From contig WHTX01000003.1 of NCBI GenBank assembly GCA_009377505.1, forward strand, positions 1 to 48,899: 48,899 nt of DNA, in the 5' to 3' direction. The notes under the pieces were generated by a model, which was not told where the DNA came from, did no database searches, and saw only the letters and a program-made list of their open reading frames with translations. This document shows, one piece after another, positions 18,659 to 27,453 of this stretch (position 1 is the stretch's first letter; every line of letters starts with the position of its first letter). This stretch comes from Acidimicrobiia bacterium. GTDB taxonomy: Bacteria > Actinomycetota > Acidimicrobiia > Acidimicrobiales > CAIXPF01. A program made the position numbers and the translations under genes.

Positions 18659-19722
18659 TAGCGCGGTCCCGCCACCTCGTCGAGCGTGGCCATCTCGGTG
18701 AGCAGCCGCGCCGCGGCCTGGACCAAGGGGACGGCGAGCAGGGCGCCCGTGCCCTCACCGAGGCGCAAGCCGAGGTCGAGCACCGGTTCGAGGCCCAACG
18801 CCTCGAGGGCGACCACGCCGCCCGGTTCCACGGGCCGGTGGGCGGCGAGCCAGTAGCCGGCGGCGGCGGGGACGACGCGGGCGGCGACAACGGCAGCGGC
18901 GAGGGTGATGACGCCGTCGAGGAGCACGGGGGCCCGGGCCGCGGCCGCGCCCACCAGCACCCCGGCCAGGGCGGCGATCTCGAGACCACCCACCTCGGCC
19001 AGCACGTCGAGCGGGCGGGGCGCGGGGCCGAGGCGCGCCACGCCAGCCTCCACGACCTGCACCTTGTGGGCGATGCCCGCCGAGGGCTCCCCGGCGCCGG
19101 CGCCCGTCACGTCCCCAGCAGGCCGTCCGGTCAACGCGGCCAGCACCGCGGCCGCGGCGGTGGTGTTGCCGATGCCCATCTCGCCGACGACCACGAGCCT
19201 GTGCCCCGACGCCACCGCGTCAGCGGCGAGGGACGCCCCGACGTCGAGGGCCGCGGCCACCTGTGCAGGGGTCAGCGCCGGCCCGACGTTGAAGTCGGCC
19301 GTGCCCGGCGCGACCTTTCGGCGCCGGAAGCGGGGGCCCTCGTCGAGGTCCTCGAGGGGGTCGGCCACGCCCACGTCGACGACGACGAGCTCGGCACCGA
19401 CCTGTCGGGCGAAGGCCGAAGAGGCCGCTCGCCCGGACACGATGGTGCGAACCATGGCCGCCGTCACCGCCTGCGGCCAGGCCGACACGCCCGAGGCGAC
19501 GACCCCGTGGTCGGCGGCCGCGAGCAGGGCCACGGCCGGGGCTGGGAAGGGCGGCTCGGCCCCGCCCCCGGCCATGGCGGCCAGCGCCGCGCCGACGGCC
19601 TCGACCTGCCCCAGGGCGCCGGGCGGCTTCGCCAGGCGATCGTGGCGCTCGAGGGCGGCGCGTCGGGCCTTCTCGTCCACCGGCACCACGGCTGCCACGG
19701 CCGCTTCCCACGCACTGCCCAC
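18658..19722 (-). CDS. cobT: Nicotinate-nucleotide--dimethylbenzimidazole phosphoribosyltransferase
   Basis: LAKPPGALG, AADHGV, GEMGIGNTT, GGLEIA, LDG, LRLGEGTGA, EMATL. Confidence 0.96.
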   Translation of the reverse strand: MGSAWEAAVAAVVPVDEKARRAALERHDRLAKPPGALGQVEAVGAALAAMAGGGAEPPFPAPAVALLAAADHGVVASGVSAWPQAVTAAMVRTIVSGRAASSAFARQVGAELVVVDVGVADPLEDLDEGPRFRRRKVAPGTADFNVGPALTPAQVAAALDVGASLAADAVASGHRLVVVGEMGIGNTTAAAAVLAALTGRPAGDVTGAGAGEPSAGIAHKVQVVEAGVARLGPAPRPLDVLAEVGGLEIAALAGVLVGAAAARAPVLLDGVITLAAAVVAARVVPAAAGYWLAAHRPVEPGGVVALEALGLEPVLDLGLRLGEGTGALLAVPLVQAAARLLTEMATLDEVAGPR

Positions 19723-19751
19723 TAGCCCTCCAGAGGTCGCTCACGGGGCAC

Positions 19752-20459
19752 TCACGCTGTCCAGCCCGAGGCCACGACCAGGCCGACCGTCTCGCCGACC
19801 AGGCCCGCCGCCCCGAGCACATCACCGGTGTAGCCGCCGACGCGGCGCCGGGCCAGTGCCAGCACGCATCCCGCGCCCACCACGAGCCCGACGAGCGCCG
19901 ACCAACCCACCCGCCCACAACCGGCGAGGGCCACGACGGCCAGCACCGCGCCGAGCACGGCGCCGAGGACGGCGGGGCGACGGTCGAGGAACGAGCTCGC
20001 CAGGCCTCCTCCGACCCGGGCGTAGGGCAGGGCGGCCATCGCTGCGCACATGGCGGCCCGCGACCCGGCCCACAGGCCGCCCAACAGCAGCGGCCGCGCC
20101 GGCTGGGCGGCGAGCGCCGCCCACCGCAGGCCGAGGACGACGACGACCACGGCGACGCCGAAGGCCCCCACGTCAGCCAGGCGCATCACCTCGAGCCGGC
20201 GGTCCCGGGGCATCGGCGCCAGCAGCCCGTCTCCCGAGTCGGCCAGGCCGTCGAGGTGCAGCATGCCGGTCAGCGCGAGGTCGGCCGCCACCACCACACC
20301 AGCGGCCACGGGCAGCGCCAGGACCTCGCCGGCCGACCACCACAACGCCCCGAGCACGAGGCCCAGGGCCAGCCCGACCGGGCCGAACCAGCGCAGGGCC
20401 GACGGCTCGGGGGCGTGGGCGCGCCCGAGCACGGTGAGGAAGGCGAGAGCAGCGCGCAC
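19752..20459 (-). CDS. cobS: Adenosylcobinamide-GDP ribazoletransferase (cobalamin synthase)
   Basis: FLT, TGMLHLDGLADSGDG, RLEVMR, VGAFG, GGYTGDVLGA. Confidence 0.95.
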   Translation of the reverse strand: MRAALAFLTVLGRAHAPEPSALRWFGPVGLALGLVLGALWWSAGEVLALPVAAGVVVAADLALTGMLHLDGLADSGDGLLAPMPRDRRLEVMRLADVGAFGVAVVVVVLGLRWAALAAQPARPLLLGGLWAGSRAAMCAAMAALPYARVGGGLASSFLDRRPAVLGAVLGAVLAVVALAGCGRVGWSALVGLVVGAGCVLALARRRVGGYTGDVLGAAGLVGETVGLVVASGWTA

Positions 20460-20473
20460 CAGCGGCCCGGCGG

Positions 20474-20989
20474 CTACCCGAGCAGGTCCCGGGCGGCGTC
20501 CTCGAACCGGTCGAGGCGAAGCGCCCGGCCCGCCACCACGAGCAGCACCTCGTCGGCCACGTCGGCCACCGCGGCGTTCACCGCGCCCAGCGCGTCCCGG
20601 AAGCGCCGGCCGACCTCCGTCGAGGGGTGGACCCCCATGCCCACCTCGTCGGACACCAGCACCGTGTCGCCCCTCCTGGCTCCCAGGGCGGCGCGGAGAC
20701 CGGCGACGTCGACGGCGAAGTCGTGGCGTCGGGCCACCCAGGTGCCGAGGGAGTCGACGAGCACGTGGCCCTCGAGGGCCGACAGTTCGGAGCCGAGGTC
20801 CTCACCGGCTTCCACCGTTTCCCAGCGCTCAGGCCGGCGCTCGCGGTGCCGCGCCACCCGCCGGGCCATGTCCTCGTCGCCGACGTCGGCGGTGGCCACG
20901 TAGGTCACCGCATCGCCCGACCGCGCCACCAGCCGCTCGGCCAGCGCCGACTTCCCCGAACGGCTCCCGCCGAGCACCAGCACGACCAC
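20474..20989 (-). CDS. cobU: Bifunctional adenosylcobinamide kinase / adenosylcobinamide-phosphate guanylyltransferase
   Basis: GGSRSGKS, YVATA, EDMARRVARHRERRP, VSDEVGMG, FRDALG, VAG. Confidence 0.95.
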   Translation of the reverse strand: MVVLVLGGSRSGKSALAERLVARSGDAVTYVATADVGDEDMARRVARHRERRPERWETVEAGEDLGSELSALEGHVLVDSLGTWVARRHDFAVDVAGLRAALGARRGDTVLVSDEVGMGVHPSTEVGRRFRDALGAVNAAVADVADEVLLVVAGRALRLDRFEDAARDLLG

Positions 20990-21077
20990 GGCCGGATCCT
21001 ACGTGCCCCTGTCGCCAGCCCCCGGCGCGCCGGCCGACGCACCCGCGGTCGTCCCCCGGCCTGCGTGAGTCGCCGGG

Positions 21078-21986
21078 CTACTTCCTGAGTCGCCGCTTGG
21101 CCCGCACCACCGTGGTGCGGGCCAACTCGCGCCCCAGCACCGGTCCGTTGGCCATCCCCCAGGGGGCGAACGTGGTGGCGGCGCGACGCCGTTCCGTGGA
21201 GGTCAGCCGGGGGCCCGCCCGGTGCAGGGCGCGGCGGTACTCCACCCCCAGCCGCCAACGGGGCATGGTGAGCGAGCCGTCGCGGCTCGTGTCGAACCAA
21301 CGCTGCCGGTCGCGGTCGTCGGCGTAGGCGTACATGGAGCGCCCCGGGTGCTCGCGGTGGCGGAAGAAGGGCTCGTCGAGCTCGACGAAGCGGCCGTGCA
21401 GTGAGAGCTCAGCCAGCAGCACCCGGTCCGACTGGCTGAAGGAACCGATGAGCCCGGTGGTCCCCAGGGCCTCGGCGCGGATCACCCCGAACACGGCGTA
21501 GCAGTACACCTCGTCCATGACCACCCGGCGGAAGCGGACGGCGGGGTCCTCGTGGCTGGCGACGTTCGTCGGGCCCCGCTTCTCGATGACGTTGCCCTCG
21601 CTGTCGATCTCGACCGCCTGCGTGTAGCTGAGGACCACGTCAGGCTGGTCGTCGAGCACCTTGACGCACAGGCCCACGTAAGCGGCCTCGTACGTGTCGT
21701 CGTCCGCCGCCCACTTGAAGTACGGCCCTCGCGCTTCGGCGATCATCCGTTTGAAGTTCCACGACGCGCCACGGTTCCGGTCGGCGGGCAGGTAGCGGAC
21801 ACGGTCGTCCTCGCGGGCGAACCGCTCGCAGATCTCACGGGTCCCGTCGGTGGAGGCATTGTCGGCGAGGAGCAGCTCGAGGTCGGCGAAATCCTGCTCC
21901 AGAAGGGACGTGATGGCTTCAGCCAGGTAGCGCTCGCCGTTGTACGTCGGCAGTCCGATGCTGACCTTCGGGTGCCGCTGCGTCAT
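21078..21986 (-). CDS. Glycosyltransferase family 2
   Basis: VSIGLPTYNGE, DNASTDGT, YFKWAADDD; AGGAG RBS before ATG 21986. Confidence 0.93.
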   Translation of the reverse strand: MTQRHPKVSIGLPTYNGERYLAEAITSLLEQDFADLELLLADNASTDGTREICERFAREDDRVRYLPADRNRGASWNFKRMIAEARGPYFKWAADDDTYEAAYVGLCVKVLDDQPDVVLSYTQAVEIDSEGNVIEKRGPTNVASHEDPAVRFRRVVMDEVYCYAVFGVIRAEALGTTGLIGSFSQSDRVLLAELSLHGRFVELDEPFFRHREHPGRSMYAYADDRDRQRWFDTSRDGSLTMPRWRLGVEYRRALHRAGPRLTSTERRRAATTFAPWGMANGPVLGRELARTTVVRAKRRLRK

Positions 21987-22150
21987 GTGGTCTCTCCTCG
22001 CCGCCACGCCGAGCGCGTCAGCCGGGTTGCGCCCCCATGCCGACCCTGCCTCACCGCACAAAAGGTACCCGCCATCCGGCCCAGTTGGCTCGGGCCTCGA
22101 CAGATCACAGGGTGCCGGAGGCGCCCGACGGGACATCGTCGAGCGATAGC

Positions 22151-23227
22151 TCAGCTCCGCATCGAGGCCGCCCCGGCCATTCCCACAGCGGGCCGCTCGC
22201 GGGCGATGTCGGCCATGAGCTCGAGCGCCTCGGGCTGGTCAGCGCTGACCGTGAGGCCGGTCGCCCCCGAATCCGCCCACGCCGCGTACCGCTCGCGGAT
22301 GCGCTCGGGGCTACCGACGAGGCAGCGCTCGTCGACGTAGTCGTCGGGCACCACGGCGATGGCCTCGTCCTTGCGGCCCGACAGGTACAACCGCTGGATC
22401 TGCTCGGCGACGTCCACGTAGCCCATCTGCCGCATGTGCTGGTTGTGGAAGTTGACCGACGAGTGCCCCATCCCCCCGACGTACAGGGCGATGCCCGGCT
22501 TCTGCACGGCGAGCGCCTTGCCGACGTCGTCCGTCAGCCGGACCGACACCATGGCCTGTACCTCGAAGTCCGCCCAGCCCTTGCCCCCACCAGCCCGACG
22601 GAACCCCTCCTCGACCCAGGGCCGGTACTGCGCCATGCGCCCAGGGACGAAGTGCATCGGCAGCCAGCCATCGCAGAGCTCGGCGGTGAGCTTGACCGTC
22701 GCCTCCGAGCCCGAGCCGAGCCAGATCGGCAGCCGCGGGTTCGTGTGCATGATCGAGCGGAGCGGCTTGCCGAGCCCCGTCGAGCCCGGCCCCTCGTAAG
22801 GCAGGGAGATCTCCCGTCCGTCGTGGCTCACGGGCTCGTCCCGAGCGAAGACCTTGCGCATGATCTTGATGTAGTCGCGCAGGCGCCAGTAGGGCTTGCC
22901 CCACGGCTCGCCGTACCAGCCCTCGACGATCTGGGGGCCGGAGACGCCGAGCCCGGCGATGAAGCGCCCGCCGCCGGCGAGGGCGTCGACCGTCTGGGCC
23001 TGCATCGCGCACATGGCCGGCGTGCGCCCGGCGAGCTGCATGATCCCCGTGCCGAGCCGGATGCGCTCGGTGCGGGCCGCCAGGTAGGCGAGGGGCGTGA
23101 CGGCATCGGAGCCATAGGCCTCGGCCGTCCACAGGGAGTCGTAGCCGAGCCGTTCGGCCAGTCGGATGAGGTCGAGCGGCAGCTCGAGGCGTGCCCCCGA
23201 GTAGCCCAACGCCAGACCGAGCTTCAT
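22151..23227 (-). CDS. LLM class F420-dependent oxidoreductase (Rv3520c-like)
   Basis: MKLGLALGY, GYDSLWTAEAYGSDA, GLGVSGPQIVEGWYG, ALYVGGMG. Confidence 0.93.
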   Translation of the reverse strand: MKLGLALGYSGARLELPLDLIRLAERLGYDSLWTAEAYGSDAVTPLAYLAARTERIRLGTGIMQLAGRTPAMCAMQAQTVDALAGGGRFIAGLGVSGPQIVEGWYGEPWGKPYWRLRDYIKIMRKVFARDEPVSHDGREISLPYEGPGSTGLGKPLRSIMHTNPRLPIWLGSGSEATVKLTAELCDGWLPMHFVPGRMAQYRPWVEEGFRRAGGGKGWADFEVQAMVSVRLTDDVGKALAVQKPGIALYVGGMGHSSVNFHNQHMRQMGYVDVAEQIQRLYLSGRKDEAIAVVPDDYVDERCLVGSPERIRERYAAWADSGATGLTVSADQPEALELMADIARERPAVGMAGAASMRS

Positions 23228-23289
23228 CACGCCCCCTCTCCCCGGCCGCATCCCCTCGACCGGCTCGGACCTCAACGGCGAGGCGCACT

Positions 23290-23318
23290 CTAGACGAGTG
23301 GTCCCAAGGGTTCGGGGG
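23290..23318 (+). repeat. Conserved ~29-bp intergenic motif, copy 2
   Basis: CTAGACGAGTGGTCCCAAGGGTTCGGGGG. Confidence 0.7.
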
Positions 23319-23340
23319 TGGTCCCGCCTACCGTCGTTGG

Positions 23341-23496
23341 GGGATTCGCTCATTCCCGCGAGCACGCCGAGCGGGTTGACTCGTGGCGGGCAGGAATGAG
23401 GCGGGCCCGCCACAGGTCGAAACACCCGGCGGCGGACCCCTCAGCGGGCGAACGCCGGCGGGGCTCGGGGAGACCCGGGCCCCGCCATTCGCCCGC
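23341..23496 (+). ncRNA. Candidate structured small RNA (~155 nt)
   Basis: TACCGT -10 at 23329-23334; stems CTCATTCC/GGAATGAG and GTGGCGGGC/GCCCGCCAC; a GAAA-containing loop; 13-bp GAGA-capped 3' hairpin with a G-U pair on the + strand; no credible ORF. Confidence 0.45.
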
Positions 23497-23570
23497 CGGT
23501 GGCAGCAACGGCGCTGCGGCTGGCCAGAGCGAGTCGCCGGCACAATCGCCGGCCCCGCAGGGCGGACGCC

Positions 23571-23603
23571 ACGAGGCCCGGGGTCTGGGCCCCGGGCCTT
23601 CGT
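23571..23603. terminator. GC-rich hairpin, probable terminator downstream of the LPxTG gene
   Basis: ACGAGGCCCGGGG…CCCCGGGCCTTCGT inverted repeat 40 nt past the stop at 23643; no strong U tract. Confidence 0.5.
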
Positions 23604-23642
23604 CGCGTGCTTCGGGCGCTACTGGTAGTGGCGGCCGGCCGA

Positions 23643-24458
23643 TCAGGCCAGGCGCCGGGCCCGCACCACGAGGGCGCCACCGGCACCGAGAAGCAGCGCG
23701 CCGAGGGTGACGAGCTGGCCGGTGTGCGGCCCGGTCAGGGGCAGGGTCCGAGCTGGCGCCGTGACCGCCGCCGTGGACACCTCGACCGGAGCGGCCGTCG
23801 TCGGGGCCGCGGTGGCGGGCGGCGCCGTCGTCGGGGTCTCGGTCACGGGCGTGACCGGCGGCTCCGTCGTGGGGGTCTGCGTGGTGGGCGTCTCGGTGGT
23901 CGGTGTCGTGGCCGGGGGCAGCACCGCAGAGACGCCGATGCAGCCCACGCCGACGAGGTCCTCGGGGCCTTCGAAGTCAGCCACCTGGACGAAGCGGACA
24001 CCGGTGGCGGTGCCGCTCAGGTCGACCTGCCAGCTGAACCGCTGCTCGATCTCCTCGACCCCGTCGGTGAGGTCGTCGGTCGTGCCCGTCTCGCCGACAA
24101 CGTTGCCCTCGACGTCCACGAACTGGATCATGTAGCGCTCGGAGTTCTCGACAGGCTCGGGCTCGTCAGCCCGGCCGATGAACCCGTCGTAGGCGATGGT
24201 CTCGACGTCGTAGGTACCGGCCTCGAGCGGGGTGGTGAGCTCGACGTCCCTCAGGCCGACGACGTCGCCGACACGGACGAGCTCGAGGCGGTCCTCGTTG
24301 TGCTGCCACTCGAGGACATGGTCCCCCGCGCAGCGACCTTGCGTGCCCGCCCCGGCGGGGGCGACCGACAAGGCGAGGGTCAGGCTGCCGACGGCCATGC
24401 AAGCGGCAGCGCCGAGGGCCGCGGTGCGGCGGCGGCGAAGGGGCCGGGTGAAGGTCAT
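23643..24458 (-). CDS. Secreted cell-surface protein with a Pro/Thr-rich linker and an LPxTG-type sorting signal
   Basis: AGGAG RBS; Arg-rich signal peptide ending APAGA; TTPTTETPTTQTP linker; LPLTG, hydrophobic helix and RARR tail. Confidence 0.85.
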   Translation of the reverse strand: MTFTRPLRRRRTAALGAAACMAVGSLTLALSVAPAGAGTQGRCAGDHVLEWQHNEDRLELVRVGDVVGLRDVELTTPLEAGTYDVETIAYDGFIGRADEPEPVENSERYMIQFVDVEGNVVGETGTTDDLTDGVEEIEQRFSWQVDLSGTATGVRFVQVADFEGPEDLVGVGCIGVSAVLPPATTPTTETPTTQTPTTEPPVTPVTETPTTAPPATAAPTTAAPVEVSTAAVTAPARTLPLTGPHTGQLVTLGALLLGAGGALVVRARRLA

Positions 24459-24605
24459 GGTGGTGCTCCTGTGACCGTTCGGGGGTGCTGCCGCCGACCG
24501 TAAGCAGGCCGCCACCCTGCGGGATCACGCCATGGGTCCTACCCTCGACGGGCGAGGCCGGGACAAGCCGTCGGGCAGCCAAGGACAGGGCACTACCCTG
24601 CGGAT

Positions 24606-26399
24606 ATGGCCGTCACGGAACAGGACAGCGACCTCACCGCCGCCGACGTCGCCTGGGACCTCGAACCCCTCCTCGAAGGTGCCACCGTCGACGAACTGCT
24701 CGAACGGGCGGACGTCGTCACCGAGCAGCTCACCGGCCTGCGGGGCCAGGTGGCCAGGCTCGACGCCGCCGGGCTCGCGGCCGCCATGCGCTCGCTGGCC
24801 GAGCTGCAGGAGCTGTTGGGCCGCGCCGCCAACTACGCCAGCCTCCGTTTCGCCACCGACGCGCTCGACGCCGCCCGGGGCGCGCTGCTCCAGCGGGTCG
24901 AGGAGCGCGGCACCGCCATCTCCACCCGCCTGTTGTTCTTCGACCTCGAGTGGGCCGCCCTCGACGACGCCACCGCCGAAGCCCTCCTCGCGGCACCGGA
25001 ACTCGAGTTCTGCGCCCACCACCTGCGCAGCGAGCGCCGCTATCGCGCCCACCTGCTCAGCGAGCCCGAGGAGAAGGTGCTCACCGAGAAGTCGGTCACG
25101 GGGCGCAACGCCTGGGCCCGGCTCTTCGGCGAGCTGACCTCAGCCATCGACGTGCCCCTCGACGGGACGACGCTGAAGCTGGAGGAGGCCCTCTCCCGCC
25201 TCTCCCACCCCGACCGCGACGTGCGCAAGGCATCCGCCGAGGCGGTGACCCTGTCGCTCGCCCCCGGGCTGCGCACCCGGGCCTTCGTCTTCAACACGCT
25301 GCTCGCCGACAAGTCCACCGACGACCGGCTGCGCAGCTACCCGAGCTGGATCTCGTCGCGGAACCTGTCCAACGAGGCCTCCGACGATTCTGTGCAGGCC
25401 CTCGTCGACGCCGTCGTCGCCCGCTACGACATCCCCAGGCGGTGGTACCGGCTCAAGGCGCAGATCCTGGGGATCGACCAGCTCGCCGACTATGACCGCA
25501 TGGCCTCCGTGGCCGCCTCCGAGCAGCCCTTCGGTTGGGCGGCGGCGACGGACCTGGTCGTCGAGTCCTATGCCTCCTTCTCCAGCGACTTGGCCGAGGT
25601 CATCCGCCGCTTCCTCGACGAGCGCTGGATCGACGCCCCCGTGCGGCCTGGCAAGCGCCCCGGCGCGTTCTGCGCCTACACCGTGCCCAGCCACCACCCC
25701 TACGTCCTTCTCAACTGGACGGGCAAGCGGCGCGACGTGCTCACCCTCGCCCACGAGCTGGGCCACGGCGTGCACGCCTACCTCGCCCGGCCCCAGGGCG
25801 TCTACCACATGGGTACGCCGCTCACGCTGGCCGAGACGGCGTCGGTGTTCGGCGAGACGGTCACCTTCGGGCGCCTCCTCGAGGACACGACCGATCCCGG
25901 CGAGCGCCTGGCGCTCCTCGCAGAGTCCATCGAGGGCGCCATCGCCACCGTGTTCCGCCAGACGGCCATGAACCGCTTCGAGCACGCCGTGCACACCCAC
26001 CGGCGGGAGCAGGGCGAGCTGTCCATCGAGGACTTCGGCCGACACTGGGCCGACACCCAGGAGGCCATGCTCGGCGACTCGGTGCAGGTCACAGAGGGGT
26101 ACCGATCGTGGTGGTCCTACATCCCCCACTTCATCAACACGCCCGGCTACGTGTACGCGTACGCCTACGGGCAGCTACTGGCCCTCTCCGTGTACCACCA
26201 GTACCAGAGGAGTGGCGCGGCCTTCGTGCCCCAGTACCTCGAGCTGCTCTCGGCCGGCGGGTCGCGCCCGCCCGAGGAGCTCGGGCGCATCGTTGGCTGC
26301 GACCTCGCCGACCCCGGGTTCTGGGACGGGGGCATCGCCATCGTCGAGGCCCAGCTCGACGCAGCCGAGGAGGCCGCCCGGGCCGCCGGGCGCATCTGA
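24606..26399 (+). CDS. pepF: M3 family oligoendopeptidase F
   Basis: WDL, GKRPGAFC, TLAHELGHGVH, AETASVFGE, IPHF…YVYAYAYG. Confidence 0.93.
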   Translation: MAVTEQDSDLTAADVAWDLEPLLEGATVDELLERADVVTEQLTGLRGQVARLDAAGLAAAMRSLAELQELLGRAANYASLRFATDALDAARGALLQRVEERGTAISTRLLFFDLEWAALDDATAEALLAAPELEFCAHHLRSERRYRAHLLSEPEEKVLTEKSVTGRNAWARLFGELTSAIDVPLDGTTLKLEEALSRLSHPDRDVRKASAEAVTLSLAPGLRTRAFVFNTLLADKSTDDRLRSYPSWISSRNLSNEASDDSVQALVDAVVARYDIPRRWYRLKAQILGIDQLADYDRMASVAASEQPFGWAAATDLVVESYASFSSDLAEVIRRFLDERWIDAPVRPGKRPGAFCAYTVPSHHPYVLLNWTGKRRDVLTLAHELGHGVHAYLARPQGVYHMGTPLTLAETASVFGETVTFGRLLEDTTDPGERLALLAESIEGAIATVFRQTAMNRFEHAVHTHRREQGELSIEDFGRHWADTQEAMLGDSVQVTEGYRSWWSYIPHFINTPGYVYAYAYGQLLALSVYHQYQRSGAAFVPQYLELLSAGGSRPPEELGRIVGCDLADPGFWDGGIAIVEAQLDAAEEAARAAGRI

Positions 26400-26438
26400 G
26401 CGGCGCGGCCGGGGGGCGTCGGCGAGCGGCCGGCGGCG

Positions 26439-27443
26439 TCAGGTCCGCCAGTCGGCCAGCGTGCGCTCCTGGCGGAGCGGCTCCCCGGCCAGGTAGCGGC
26501 GGAGGTTCTCCTCGACGAAGGGCAGGTAGTGGGCGTTGGTCGTGCCGGTGTGGCCCGAGGCGTGCGGCGTCAAGGTCACCAGTGGGTGCCGCCACAAGGG
26601 GCTCGCCACCGACAGGGGCTCCGTCGAAGCGACGTCGAGCACGGCGGCAGCGGGCCGGCCGAGATCGAGGGCGGCGAGCAGCGCCTCCTCGTCCACCAGC
26701 TCGCCACGGGCCACGTTGACGAGCACCGATCCGGGGCGCATGGCGGCGAAGAAGGCGCCGTCCGCCAGGTGGCGGGTGGCGCGCGAAGCCGGCGCGCTCA
26801 GCACCACGACGTCGGCCTCGGGCACGGCGCTGAGCAGGCCGTCGGGGGTGACCACGCGGTCCACCGGCTCGTCGCCGGAGGGGTGGCGGCGCACGCCGGT
26901 CACGGTGGCCCCGAGGGCCCGGGCGCGACGGGCCACCTCTCCGCCGATGGCGCCCATGCCCACGACGAGCCAGGCCGAGCCGGCGACCTCACGGTGGCCG
27001 GTGCCCCCACGCTCCCAGCGTGACTCGGCCTGCGCGACCCGCCACTGGCCGGCGCCGAGGAACGTGTCGAGCACGGCCCAGACCACGTACTCGGCGATGG
27101 GCGAAGCCGTGCCGTGCCCCGTCGTGAGGCGGACACCGGAGCGCAGCAGCTTGCCGTACAGCTCGGTCTCGAAGCCCGCCGCGCAGGACTAGAGCCAGCG
27201 CAGCGACGGCGGCAGTGAGGCCAGATATGTGAAGAAAGGCCGGTAGGCGCCCCCTTCGACCCACAGGTCGTAGGAGCTGATGACCACCTCGGGCCGGGCC
27301 GCCTCGCCCTCGGGGGTGCCTGGCCCGCCGACGGCGCGGATCGCCCCGTCGGCGCCCATGGCCAGCCAGCCTGCCTCAGGGGCGGCTGCCCGCAGCCGCT
27401 CGGCGAAGCTCGTCCAGAGGGCCTCGGTGCACAGGATGTCCAT
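26439..27443 (-). pseudogene. D-2-hydroxyacid dehydrogenase interrupted by an in-frame TAG at 27189-27191
   Basis: …SLRWL*SCAAGFE…PIAEYV…VGMGAIG…VNVARG…LDV…EPL…TPH all in one frame. Confidence 0.85.
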
Positions 27444-27453
27444 CGCCCTGGGT

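Noticed and set aside
23290-23425. Hammerhead or twister ribozyme (CTNGAYGAG, CGAAAC, GGTCCCAAG fragments)
   Set aside because: The core lacks an exact CUGANGA with the required three-stem arrangement, and the twister pairings are absent.
24459-24605. c-di-GMP or c-di-AMP riboswitch upstream of the LPxTG gene
   Set aside because: Conserved elements such as GCAAA…GAAA…GACGCAAAG or the ydaO motifs were not found.
27189-27191. Genome-wide TAG reassignment or pyrrolysine
   Set aside because: Only one internal TAG was seen; other genes (ileS, lhgO, the LysM gene) terminate at TAG at their expected ends.
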